From contig OZ242007.1 of assembly GCA_965204695.1 (NCBI GenBank), positions 3,047,701-3,111,700 of the forward strand: a stretch of DNA of 64,000 nt. Direction: 5' to 3'. The stretch is from Arenicellales bacterium. GTDB taxonomy: Bacteria > Pseudomonadota > Gammaproteobacteria > Arenicellales > JAHEKD01. Position 1 is the stretch's first letter, and each line of letters opens with the position of its first letter. Made by a program: the position numbers and the translations under genes. Below the pieces are notes generated by a model. The model searched no databases and had not been told where the DNA came from. It saw only the letters and a list, made by a program, of their open reading frames with translations. Below are positions 1 to 9,249 of this stretch, piece after piece.

Positions 1-1395
1 ATTGATGCGTTACATGAGAACATAACCGCCGACCCCGGGTCTGTTGTGGAGTTGACGACCCAGGCCTTGTCTCAACTCGAAAAGCTTGGGCGAAATCTGA
101 ATGCCGTTTCCCATGTCGCAAGAGACGACGCTATAGACAGAGCAGAGGGACTTCGAGATACGCTTATGCGAGGCGACATCGGTTATACCGGACCACTGTT
201 CGGGATACCGGTTGCACACAAGGATCTTTTCATGCGATCAGGCTGGCCGTGTGAGGGTGGTTCCAGGACTTTCGCTGGCCACATCGCCCAACGAACCGCA
301 TTTACCATTAACAGGCTGGATCACCAGGGTACGGTAGATTGTGCACGTCTGACATCCGTCGAATTAGCACTCGGAACGACCGGACATAATGCTTACGCGG
401 GAACACCGACCAACCCATGGAATCCGCAATATATTTGTGGCGGTTCTTCATCAGGTTCCGCAGCAGTCGTGGCAGCCGGCATCATTCCTGCCTCCCTCGG
501 AACTGACACTGGCGGTTCGGTTCGTCTGCCTGCTGCTGCCTGCGGACTCGTTGGTGTCAAACCAACGCATGGATTGGTGGGTCGGAGCGGCGTTTTTGCG
601 CTGTCTCCAAGCCTCGATTGTGTTGGGCCTCTGACACGCTCAGTACGCGATGGTGCAATCGTATTGCAGGCTATTGCGGCGACGGACGATAAGGACTCCA
701 GTTCCATCTCCCACAATTTACCCGACCTTCTACACTCGCTTGAATCCGGAGTCGCCGGTCTTCGAGTCGGATGGCCGACCAATCATTTCTTCGAAGATGT
801 AGAGGCATCGGTTGCCGACGGTATTGATGGCGTCTTTCGCCTTATGGGCCGCCTTGGTGCCGAATGTCTTGATATTGAAGTTCCCGGGATCGAAACTGCC
901 AATGCGATGAACATGCTCATCACTGCTGTAGAGGGTGCTTCGCTGCATCATGAGAGAATTCTCGAAAATCACAATGATTTTGAGGCGCAGACGCTATCGC
1001 GCCTCTTGGTCGGTTGCTTTGTACCGGCCCGCGACTATTACAATGCACTTGCTAACCGTGCCTGTGTGGCCAAACGTGTTTTGGCGGATACTTTCACCAA
1101 GGTTGATGTCGTGATCACGCCGGTCTGGCCTTATCCACTACCAACAATCGAAGAGAGCGACGTGGGTGCGAATCCTGAAGCCGCTGCTATGGTGCAACGC
1201 TCCGGTCATAACACACGACCGGTGAATTACCTGGGTTTTCCTGCTGTGAACCTGCCTATCGGCTTTGATACCAATGGCCTGCCTGTCAGCGTGCAGCTAG
1301 TTGGAGCGCCTTATTCAGAACCGAAACTTCTACGGATCGCTAGTGCGCTTGAGCGAGAACTGAATTTCTGGAGTTCACGGCCCAGGTTATTCTAG
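1..1395 (+). CDS. Amidase-signature family amidase (GatA-like). The frame is open to base 1, so the true start may lie upstream; the first in-window start is at 46.
   Basis: 449-aa ORF with the amidase-signature block GGSSSGSAAVVAAG and an upstream PVAHKD lysine motif. Length is typical of the family. Confidence 0.85.
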   Translation: MDALHENITADPGSVVELTTQALSQLEKLGRNLNAVSHVARDDAIDRAEGLRDTLMRGDIGYTGPLFGIPVAHKDLFMRSGWPCEGGSRTFAGHIAQRTAFTINRLDHQGTVDCARLTSVELALGTTGHNAYAGTPTNPWNPQYICGGSSSGSAAVVAAGIIPASLGTDTGGSVRLPAAACGLVGVKPTHGLVGRSGVFALSPSLDCVGPLTRSVRDGAIVLQAIAATDDKDSSSISHNLPDLLHSLESGVAGLRVGWPTNHFFEDVEASVADGIDGVFRLMGRLGAECLDIEVPGIETANAMNMLITAVEGASLHHERILENHNDFEAQTLSRLLVGCFVPARDYYNALANRACVAKRVLADTFTKVDVVITPVWPYPLPTIEESDVGANPEAAAMVQRSGHNTRPVNYLGFPAVNLPIGFDTNGLPVSVQLVGAPYSEPKLLRIASALERELNFWSSRPRLF

Positions 1396-1558
1396 TGCGC
1401 CCGAAGCTGTAAAATAAGACCGGAATTAAAGGATGCGGACCTTTGACTTATCAATAGTGGCTACCTTTAGCAAGTTTGTTATTAAGGCATTGCTCACATT
1501 CTATAGCCGATAATTGTTGAAGATTAGACTCAAGCTCTGGAGTTAATCACTGGGTTAT

Positions 1559-1722
1559 GTGGGATTTATTCTATTGTTTATATAGAAGTAAGTGCAGTAA
1601 ACGCCCAAAATTAATGTTTGTAAGTTACTGATATATAAAGAATTTAAAAACAAATTCTTTTCTCATAATGATGGGGTCGCTAGTTCGGATCTAGCCATAG
1701 CCACCATAAAATCAATAACTTA
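1559..1722 (+). repeat. Direct repeat copy A (~165 bp) upstream of the giant gene; includes a tRNA-Met 3' half
   Basis: Aligns by eye at roughly 85-90% identity with 8585-8748. Shared hairpins are CAGTAA..TTACTG and AAAGAATTT-N6-AAATTCTTT. Weaker similarity extends to 1501 versus 8523. Confidence 0.85.
1662..1706 (+). pseudogene. tRNA-Met(CAU) 3' half fragment (anticodon loop to CCA), copy A
   Basis: CTCATAATGATGGGGTCGCTAGTTCGGATCTAGCCATAGCCACCA. The 17-nt CTCATAATGATGGGGTC matches the E. coli elongator tRNA-Met anticodon-loop region. The T-arm is GCTAG/CTAGC. No 5' acceptor strand (GGCTATG) or D-arm lies upstream. Confidence 0.8.
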
Positions 1723-1868
1723 CGTTGTACCCTGATGATAACCCAAAAATGCCACTGGGATTTATTTGGGTTAAAAACTTGTAAATTCTCGCAATTTCGT
1801 TATCCAAATTGGTGCTCTTTAATCCATTTTGTGTCTGTTTTTCTGGGTTTTTCGTCTAAATTTAGCCG

Positions 1869-1893
1869 AGCACATCACCAGAAATGATGGGGT
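1869..1893 (+). pseudogene. Degenerate tRNA-Met anticodon-arm-like remnant
   Basis: AGCACATCACCAGAAATGATGGGGT resembles AGCACATCACTCATAATGATGGGGT of elongator tRNA-Met. The CATCA/TGATG stem is kept, the loop is mutated, and no T-arm follows. Confidence 0.35.
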
Positions 1894-2058
1894 TGTTGAT
1901 AACGAATATGTTAGTTCCATTTGTTCCCGGTAGTGAAGGTGCTGATGTTTTCTGCAACAATTGTATACGTTTGTTTTTTTTCGTTTTAATAATTCTAAGA
2001 TATACTGCCCTATTGGGATAGGGAAAAAACAATTTTTTAATTAGGAGTCTTAATAATA

Positions 2059-5000
2059 ATGTTCAAACTACGATATATTCTCGCCAAGCATATTCTTCAC
2101 ACTATTCTCTTTGCCCAACTATTTACAATGTATCTGGCCCAAGCAGCGCAGGGGCCTGGATTGGGAAATCTTAATTACAATCCGTCAGAATTATTTACCC
2201 AAATATCAATACCTGTTGTTGATGATACAACGGGGATTCTTCCACCTGATTATCCTAATCGAAAGCATTTTGGCGTTAATGTAATGACTATGCTTAATGG
2301 TTATATGATAGGGGTGTTTGCGCCTGATAGTGGCGGAGGACCAGGTGGATGGATAGCTTTGGATGTCTCTAATCCGAGGAATCTTAACTTGGTTAAAACA
2401 ATATATGAGCCGGATACGTTTAATAGTAATCGAACAGGTAACGGCCTAAGGACAATTGATTTCCGCGAACCTCATTCGTTTGGGTTAAGTGAAAACAGTC
2501 ATATTGCAATTCAAACAGGGCGCGGGATTGAGATATGGGACTGGTCTGATGTTAATAATCCAGTACAAGTTTCAAAGCTGGCAATACCTGGTGTAAATTT
2601 TGGTGACTATAATAATGTTTCCTGGCAGTTGTTTTGGCAAGCACCCTATCTCTACGTGGCGAGAGGAAACGCGGGTTTGACAATTGTTAATACCTCGGAT
2701 TTGACAAATCCATCGATTGTGAAAACAGTATCTACTAGTGAGCTAGGGGGATTTAATATTGGGCCAGTTTTTGTACTTGGCAATCAACTCTTTGTCTCTA
2801 GTATGGAAACCACAGCCGGTTTTTCAATCCTAAATATCAGTGATCCTACTAACCCAATACTAGAAAAAAGTATTCAGTCACTACCAGGCAATTACTACGC
2901 TTCATGCTGGGATGGAGTTTATGCATACTTTGGGGGGCGGTCTCCAACAATTCCACTACGTGCCTATGACACCACGACGAATCCAATGCAGCTTGTGAAT
3001 GGCTCAATTTCAGGGTTTAGTAATCTTTACTGCAATGGACAAGATGATAAGCTTTTTTTGGGTAATCAAGATGAAATTGTCGCGATTGACGTTTCATCAA
3101 GTCAGAACTTTTCTGTATTGGGATCGGGGTCACTAAATGCCGTATCGTCCGATGTAGATCATGGGCAGGTTTTTCCGTTCGGGAATCTAGTTTGGGTTGG
3201 AAATGATCATGGTTCAGGGAGTGGATTAATTGCTCATCAAACATTGCCTGATACAGCCCCACCTGAAATTGTAGTAACTAATCCAGCCGCAAACGCAACC
3301 GATCAACCTGTCACGTCAAGAATCGGTATTGCATTGTCGGATAGTATTTTAATGGAATCGGTGAATAGTAGTACATTTGCCGTGATAGAGACTGCCACAA
3401 ATACTCAGATTGCTGGTAATTACAGTGTCAACTTGGGGTTTGTTAATTTTACACCCTCGGTCCCGTTAGTAGATGATGCTACTTATGAAGTCATCCTTGA
3501 TGGAATCCAGGATTTTGCAGGAAATTCTTTGCCCAACAGTAATTTCTTTTTTTCTACCGGGTCCTCAATAAACCACCAAATTGATATATCACCACGGTCT
3601 AATGCATTGACGCTCGAAACAGTAACATTTTCAGCAAATGCTGCGCCGATAAGTACTGGTGGGGTGGTTGAATATTCATGGGACTTTGGAGACGGCTCTA
3701 CTACAACACCTTTTTCCCAGTCATCTACAGCTTTGCATGCCTATTCTCAACCAGGTCACTGGAATGTCATCGTTACCGTGAGAGAAAATAATATCATCAC
3801 AACTAAATCAATTATCCAGACTGTTCATAATCCTGTTACCAGTAGTACTCCCACTACGGTAAGTACGATAGTTGCTAGTGATTCTATGGTGGTTGCAGTC
3901 AATGAAGATGCTAATACTGTCACTGCAATACAAAAGTCTGCACCCTTTTCCAAAATTTGGGAATCCGGCGTTGGGAAGCAACCCAGAAGTCTGGCGATTG
4001 CCCCCAATGGAGAAATTTGGGTTGTTAACCAGCAAAGCGATGATATTTCTATTCTTGATCCAAACGGGAATCTACTTACCAGTGTACAGCTTCCACGTGG
4101 CTCTCAGGCCTTTGGTATTGTGTTTGCTCCTGACGGATGTTGCGCCCTTGTCAGTTTGCAAGGAACCGGAGCATTATTGAAAATTGACCCGGCGAGCAGA
4201 TTGCAAACAGGCATGATTCAAGTAGGAATGTCAGCCAGAGGAATTGCCGTAGATAGTCAGTCACAAATTGCTTATGTAACGCGTTTTATCTCACCGCAAA
4301 CCCATGCTGAAGTTATCAGTGTGGATATTGCTTCGATGTTAGTAAACAATGTTATCCAGTTACAAAAAGATGTGACAACGATAGATGGCAGTGACCGCAG
4401 CCGTGGTATTCCTAATTACTTAAATTCGATTACAATTTCTCCTGATGGCCTGAAGGCATGGATAGCTTCGAACAAAGCGAATGTAGAGCGCGGAGTATTC
4501 AATGATAATAATCCGGTAAACGCATTGACGTTTGAGACAACAATTCGGGCTATAGCCTCACAGATTGATCTTGGCATGCAAGCGGAAATACCTTCCATGC
4601 AGATGGATATCGATAACCGAGCACAACCAAAGGCGATTATATTCAGTGATGTAGGCGATTATGTGTATATTGCTTTGGAGGGGCAAAATTCTATCGAAAT
4701 AAGAGATGCATATAACAACCAACGTGTCAGTGAAGTCAGCCAAACAGGCCTGGCACCTCGAGGTCTGGTCAAATCAAACAATCATCTGTTTGTTCATAAC
4801 TTTCTGAGCCGGACCATTTCGATATTTGATGTGACACAGGTTGAAGTGCCAAATGGCACAAGAGAAATAACCCAAGCTGGGTTCACTGAATTAGTAGCAA
4901 ACGAAGCACTTCACCCAAGAGTGTTGAAAGGCAAGCAAATCTTCTACAACGCCAGTGACCCTCGCATGACAAGGGATGGTTATATCTCGTGTGCCAGCTG

Positions 5001-8000
5001 TCACACTGATGGTGATACTGATAATCGGGTTTGGGACTTTACTGATCGAGGTGAAGGTTTAAGAAACACGATACAACTTTTAGGGCGAACGGGACTGGGT
5101 CATGGTAGAGTACACTGGACTGCAAACTTCGATGAAATTCAAGATTTTGAGAACGATATTAGATCGGGTTTTGGTGGTGTTGGGTTTCTGAGCGACAATC
5201 AGTTTGAGCAAACACAAGCGCCGCTTGGTAACCCCAAAGCAGGTTTAAATAATGATCTGGATAACCTGGCATTCTATGTGGGCAGTTTAAATAAATTTCC
5301 CAAAAGTCCATATCGAGAATCAAATGGTGTTTTAACGCCTGAAGCACAGCTTGGTAAAAATTTATTTTCCAGCCAAGGGTGTGATGGATGTCATTCCGGT
5401 GATTTATTTACAGATCTAACACGGCACGATGTTGGTACAATCCAGGCTTCATCAGGACAGAGTAATGGCCAATCTTTATCTGGAATTGGTATAGATACAC
5501 CAACGTTAATCGGTATCTGGCAAACGGCCCCTTATTTTCATAATGGGCAGGCACAAACATTGGATGATGTTTTATTGACGGGTACGGAACACTTCGTTTC
5601 AAATGAGGCAGATAGAAACAATTTAATCGCTTATTTAAACCAAATCGAATACGAAGGCCCAGAAATTATAGTGCCGGATCCTCCTGCAGAGTCCTCATAT
5701 GTTTATTTGAGTGATCTTGATGAAGAATCTTCAACCAACGGGTGGGGCCCCTTTGAAAAGGATCGTAGTAACGGCGAACAGGGTACGAGTGATGGTAATG
5801 TGATCTCCATCGCTGGCGAACAATTTTTGAAAGGTCTTGGCGTTCACGCCTACTCTGAGATTGCTTATCAGTTTAATGCGGGTCAATACGATCAACTTCT
5901 TGCAACGATTGGTGTTGATGATGAGACCAGCAACAGAGGATCGGTAAGGTTTCAGGTTCTGATTGATAATGTAATCAGTTATCAAAGCGTCATTATAAGT
6001 GGCGGAGAAAATGGAGTGGCTATATCAGTGGATATTCCACTAACCGCGACGGAAATAAAACTGATTGTTGATAACGCTGGAGATGGCGATGCGTACGATC
6101 ATGCTGACTGGGCTGATGCAAAACTTAGAGTACATGTTCCAGATGAACCCGTAAATACATCTCCTGTTGTATCAGCTGGAGCAGATCAAACAGTCAACTT
6201 GACTGATGCAGTCATCTTAAACGGTTCTATTACAGATGATGGCCTGCCAAATCCCCCATCAAATGTGGTGGCCAGTTGGTCGTTGGTTAGTGGCCCGGGG
6301 GGCGTATCGTTTGCAGATAGTTCTGCTCAAGTGACTTCAGCAACATTTTCAGTATCGGGGCAATACACGTTGAGATTGACCGCGACAGATACGGAACTGA
6401 CTGCCAGTGATGACATGATTGTTATGGTTCAGGGTTCAATTTCCGGCAGTGCCTGGTGTTTGAGATTGAAAGCATTGTCAGAAATTAATGCTAATCCATG
6501 GGCTTCCGTTGCAGAAATCGGACTTGTTGATCAATCGGGGCAGCTTATTGATCAATCCAGCTGGAGCATTCATTCTGTCAGTAGTGAAGAACTGGACGGC
6601 GAAAATGCTCCGGCAATATCAGCCATTGATGGTAATCCAAATTCGTTCTGGCACAGCAAGTGGTTTCAGCAGACGGCGCAGCCTCCACATATTTTGGAGA
6701 TAAATCTCGGTGACTCTCATTCACTTGCACAATTGCGTTACCTGCCCAGACAGGACGGCAATGTTAATGGAACAATAAAAGACCATCAAATTTATATCAG
6801 TCAACAATCTGATTGCAGTAATTGGCAATTGGTCGCAAGCGGTACCTGGTCTTCCGATACCAATGAAAAAATTGCTGACTTAGATACTGCATCAGGTAAC
6901 AATGAGCCGCCTGTTACAACTAATCCAGGCAACCAAACCAATCAGGAAGGTGATAATGGCATCAGTCTCGTTATTTCGGTCAGTGATCCTGATAGCGATC
7001 CATTGACTTATGATGCCGCAGGATTGCCTGAGGGCTTATCAATTAATACGTCAACAGGTGTCATTTCAGGTAATTTAGATTTTGATTCAGCTGGGGTTTA
7101 TAACGTAACAATAAGTGTTGATGATGGTAATGGTGGTGCGGATAGCGCTAATTTCACCTGGACAGTGAATAACGTTAATAGAGCGCCCGGCTTTGACACG
7201 TTAATTGGCGATCAAGCGAATGATGAAGGTGATTCGATTAATTTATCAGCCAGTGCAATGGACCCTGACACGGGTGATAGTTTAACCTACAGTGCTACAA
7301 ATTTACCGGATGGTGTATCGATTAATACAGGTACGGGTGTGATTACGGGTACCTTAAGTGCGGTTTCGGCAGGCAGCTATAACGTTGATGTGACTGTTTC
7401 AGATGATAACTCAACCGATGGTCAAAGTTTTGTGTGGACGGTTAATGATGTCAATCAGCCGCCCTCCATAACTAATCCAGGCAATCAGGTTAATCAGTTA
7501 TCTGATACGGTAAGTCTAACTGTGGTGGCGAGTGACCCTGATAGTGGTGATGTTTTGACTTTCTCAGAATCTGGACTGCCCGATGGATTGAATATAGATT
7601 CGAATACAGGCGAGATCAGCGGAATATTCGTGGCGGCCAATGTGTTTAACGTCACCATAACTGTTGATGATGGGAATGGTGGTATGGATGATGCGAGTTT
7701 CACCTGGACAGTGAATGATTCTGGTAACGTTCAAGAAACTATTTATGTTAGTTCTACATCAGGTGGTACGGTAGGTGGTGTGTCGTTTGCCGATGAAGAC
7801 ATTCTGGCGTTTGATGTCGCTGCGGAAACATGGTCAATGTATATAGATGGCTCTGATATAGGATTAAGTGATTCAGGCTCTCGCGATATGAATGCCTTCA
7901 CTATACTGGCAGATGACAGTATCGTTTTCAGTGTCGTTGGCGCAACAACATTGCCAGACGTTGGCAGCGTGGATGATTCAGACCTGATTCGATTTATTCC

Positions 8001-8502
8001 TACCTCGACTGGAACCACTGCAGCAGGCACTTTCGAGTTTTATTTTGACGGATCGGATGTTGGATTAAGTAGCAATGGCGAGGACATAGATGGCGTTAAC
8101 ATACTAGCCAATGGTAATATCTTAATCAGTACCTTGGGTGGCCACCGTGTTACGGGTGCATCAGGCTCCGACGAAGATTTACTCTTATTCACGCCAACAA
8201 CGCTTGGTGTGGATACATCGGGGACGTGGTCGGCTTATTTTGATGGGTCTGATGTTGGTTTAGGTGGTGTGAGTACTGAAGATGTTTACGCAGCTTGGGT
8301 GGATGATGTGACCGGAGATATTTACTTGAGTACTCGTGGTGCATTTTCGGTGACGGGATTAAGTGGTAATGGGTCAGATATTTTTATTTGTACGCCAACT
8401 TCTCTCGGGACGTCAACCAGCTGTAGTTACACCTTATTTTGGGATGGATCGGCATTTGGATATGGTTCAGAAATCATGGATGGGCTATTTATTCAGCGCT
8501 AA
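2059..8502 (+). CDS. Giant secreted multidomain protein (2147 aa): beta-propeller repeats, Ig/PKD domains, a di-haem peroxidase-like module, carbohydrate-binding-like modules, cadherin-like repeats and a novel C-terminal repeat
   Basis: Single uninterrupted ORF with AGGAG upstream and a hydrophobic N-terminal signal-like segment. Motifs seen: LVIVD-like (GLTIVNTSDLTNP), PKD (WDFGDGS), two CxxCH (4990-5004, 5380-5394), NPCBM-like (GWGPFEKDRSNGE), discoidin-like, three cadherin-like repeats and four DGSDxGL repeats. Confidence 0.8.
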   Translation: MFKLRYILAKHILHTILFAQLFTMYLAQAAQGPGLGNLNYNPSELFTQISIPVVDDTTGILPPDYPNRKHFGVNVMTMLNGYMIGVFAPDSGGGPGGWIALDVSNPRNLNLVKTIYEPDTFNSNRTGNGLRTIDFREPHSFGLSENSHIAIQTGRGIEIWDWSDVNNPVQVSKLAIPGVNFGDYNNVSWQLFWQAPYLYVARGNAGLTIVNTSDLTNPSIVKTVSTSELGGFNIGPVFVLGNQLFVSSMETTAGFSILNISDPTNPILEKSIQSLPGNYYASCWDGVYAYFGGRSPTIPLRAYDTTTNPMQLVNGSISGFSNLYCNGQDDKLFLGNQDEIVAIDVSSSQNFSVLGSGSLNAVSSDVDHGQVFPFGNLVWVGNDHGSGSGLIAHQTLPDTAPPEIVVTNPAANATDQPVTSRIGIALSDSILMESVNSSTFAVIETATNTQIAGNYSVNLGFVNFTPSVPLVDDATYEVILDGIQDFAGNSLPNSNFFFSTGSSINHQIDISPRSNALTLETVTFSANAAPISTGGVVEYSWDFGDGSTTTPFSQSSTALHAYSQPGHWNVIVTVRENNIITTKSIIQTVHNPVTSSTPTTVSTIVASDSMVVAVNEDANTVTAIQKSAPFSKIWESGVGKQPRSLAIAPNGEIWVVNQQSDDISILDPNGNLLTSVQLPRGSQAFGIVFAPDGCCALVSLQGTGALLKIDPASRLQTGMIQVGMSARGIAVDSQSQIAYVTRFISPQTHAEVISVDIASMLVNNVIQLQKDVTTIDGSDRSRGIPNYLNSITISPDGLKAWIASNKANVERGVFNDNNPVNALTFETTIRAIASQIDLGMQAEIPSMQMDIDNRAQPKAIIFSDVGDYVYIALEGQNSIEIRDAYNNQRVSEVSQTGLAPRGLVKSNNHLFVHNFLSRTISIFDVTQVEVPNGTREITQAGFTELVANEALHPRVLKGKQIFYNASDPRMTRDGYISCASCHTDGDTDNRVWDFTDRGEGLRNTIQLLGRTGLGHGRVHWTANFDEIQDFENDIRSGFGGVGFLSDNQFEQTQAPLGNPKAGLNNDLDNLAFYVGSLNKFPKSPYRESNGVLTPEAQLGKNLFSSQGCDGCHSGDLFTDLTRHDVGTIQASSGQSNGQSLSGIGIDTPTLIGIWQTAPYFHNGQAQTLDDVLLTGTEHFVSNEADRNNLIAYLNQIEYEGPEIIVPDPPAESSYVYLSDLDEESSTNGWGPFEKDRSNGEQGTSDGNVISIAGEQFLKGLGVHAYSEIAYQFNAGQYDQLLATIGVDDETSNRGSVRFQVLIDNVISYQSVIISGGENGVAISVDIPLTATEIKLIVDNAGDGDAYDHADWADAKLRVHVPDEPVNTSPVVSAGADQTVNLTDAVILNGSITDDGLPNPPSNVVASWSLVSGPGGVSFADSSAQVTSATFSVSGQYTLRLTATDTELTASDDMIVMVQGSISGSAWCLRLKALSEINANPWASVAEIGLVDQSGQLIDQSSWSIHSVSSEELDGENAPAISAIDGNPNSFWHSKWFQQTAQPPHILEINLGDSHSLAQLRYLPRQDGNVNGTIKDHQIYISQQSDCSNWQLVASGTWSSDTNEKIADLDTASGNNEPPVTTNPGNQTNQEGDNGISLVISVSDPDSDPLTYDAAGLPEGLSINTSTGVISGNLDFDSAGVYNVTISVDDGNGGADSANFTWTVNNVNRAPGFDTLIGDQANDEGDSINLSASAMDPDTGDSLTYSATNLPDGVSINTGTGVITGTLSAVSAGSYNVDVTVSDDNSTDGQSFVWTVNDVNQPPSITNPGNQVNQLSDTVSLTVVASDPDSGDVLTFSESGLPDGLNIDSNTGEISGIFVAANVFNVTITVDDGNGGMDDASFTWTVNDSGNVQETIYVSSTSGGTVGGVSFADEDILAFDVAAETWSMYIDGSDIGLSDSGSRDMNAFTILADDSIVFSVVGATTLPDVGSVDDSDLIRFIPTSTGTTAAGTFEFYFDGSDVGLSSNGEDIDGVNILANGNILISTLGGHRVTGASGSDEDLLLFTPTTLGVDTSGTWSAYFDGSDVGLGGVSTEDVYAAWVDDVTGDIYLSTRGAFSVTGLSGNGSDIFICTPTSLGTSTSCSYTLFWDGSAFGYGSEIMDGLFIQR
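6901..7716 (+). repeat. Three tandem ~92-codon repeats inside the giant gene, encoding cadherin/dystroglycan-type Ig-like modules
   Basis: The recurring block PxxTNPGNQxNxxxDxxSLxxxASDPDxxDxLTYSAxGLPxGLSINxxTGxISGxL...VTVxDGNGGxDxxxFTWTVND occurs three times. Confidence 0.8.
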
Positions 8503-8584
8503 TAAAACTAGCAACCCTAATGCTATAAGCCGAAATCTATAATATCTGTAGCTAAGTTCGTTGGTTAACAGGTTGGGTTAAAAT

Positions 8585-8748
8585 TGGGATTTATTCTATA
8601 GCTTTATTAGGGTTATATGCAGTAAACACCCAAAATTGATATTTGTAAGTTACTGATAAGTAAAGAATTTAAAAACAAATCCTTTTCTCATAATGATGGG
8701 GTCGCTAGTTCGAATCTAGCCATAGCCACCATAAAATCAATGACTTAT
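8585..8748 (+). repeat. Direct repeat copy B (~165 bp) downstream of the giant gene; includes a tRNA-Met 3' half
   Basis: Partner of 1559-1722. The same internal hairpins are present, and the same ~20 nt follow the CCA (TAAAATCAATRACTTA). Confidence 0.85.
8687..8731 (+). pseudogene. tRNA-Met(CAU) 3' half fragment, copy B
   Basis: CTCATAATGATGGGGTCGCTAGTTCGAATCTAGCCATAGCCACCA. It differs from copy A by one base in the T-loop (TTCGAAT versus TTCGGAT). No 5' half lies upstream. Confidence 0.8.
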
Positions 8749-9249
8749 ATGATAGCACTCAAAATAAAAATTATTTCGGTCTCCATATGGTCTCTTTTTA
8801 ATTGAAATATTAGCATTTCGGGTAATTTTAAGTGTCGATTTATGAGTTATTAAGTCTCTGAAGTTGAATAGCTTATCGAAAAACTCTAAAACGAAATTCA
8901 TTTGCTTCATGGAGTTTCTTATCGTAAATACTAATATTTGATCTAGATTTTTCTCAGAATTGAAACACTTTTCTCAACCATAAAAAAATCAACGAAATAT
9001 TATTACCTCAGATTAGTTTTACGAAATCAAATCTCAAAAAAATAGGTTTAGATCGCAGAAAAAAATACTAATAAATCATTAGTGTTTTACTGAGAATTAA
9101 CTTCTCACTTGTATGTCGTTAGTGATTTCTCTTTGATTGGGGAAGGCCAATATTAGCCGGGGGTATGCTTATATTATGATACCCAATTTAGAATAATTTC
9201 GATTTTCTAAACTTCTAATTAAATGTAAATCTTAGTTTAGTTTCTTTAA

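Noticed and set aside
393-782. Long antisense or overlapping ORFs appear in the track (for example 393-782, 34762-35265, 46617-47015, 47768-48172, 51514-51942, 52565-53011, 53627-53986).
   Set aside because: Each lies entirely within a well-supported gene on the opposite strand or in another frame. Their composition is low-complexity (Ala/Arg/Ser/Pro-rich), so they are shadow ORFs.
1662-1706. The T-arm plus ACCA terminus first suggested a tmRNA (ssrA) 3' end or an intact tRNA gene.
   Set aside because: The 17 nt upstream of the T-arm match the anticodon loop and variable region of elongator tRNA-Met, not tmRNA. No complementary 5' acceptor strand (GGCTATG), D-arm or 5' anticodon-stem strand exists upstream in either copy. 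These are gene fragments, not functional RNA genes.
8749-9249. A 500-bp AT-rich non-coding stretch between repeat copy B and the intI 3' end, with loosely similar segments (TCAGAATTGAAACACTTTTCTCA near 8952 and TGAGAATTAACTTCTCAC near 9091) and a GGGTAT..ATACCC hairpin (~9162-9185).
   Set aside because: The similarity is too weak and short to call a repeat family or an RNA gene by eye. There is no ORF, promoter consensus or terminator T-tract that I could support.
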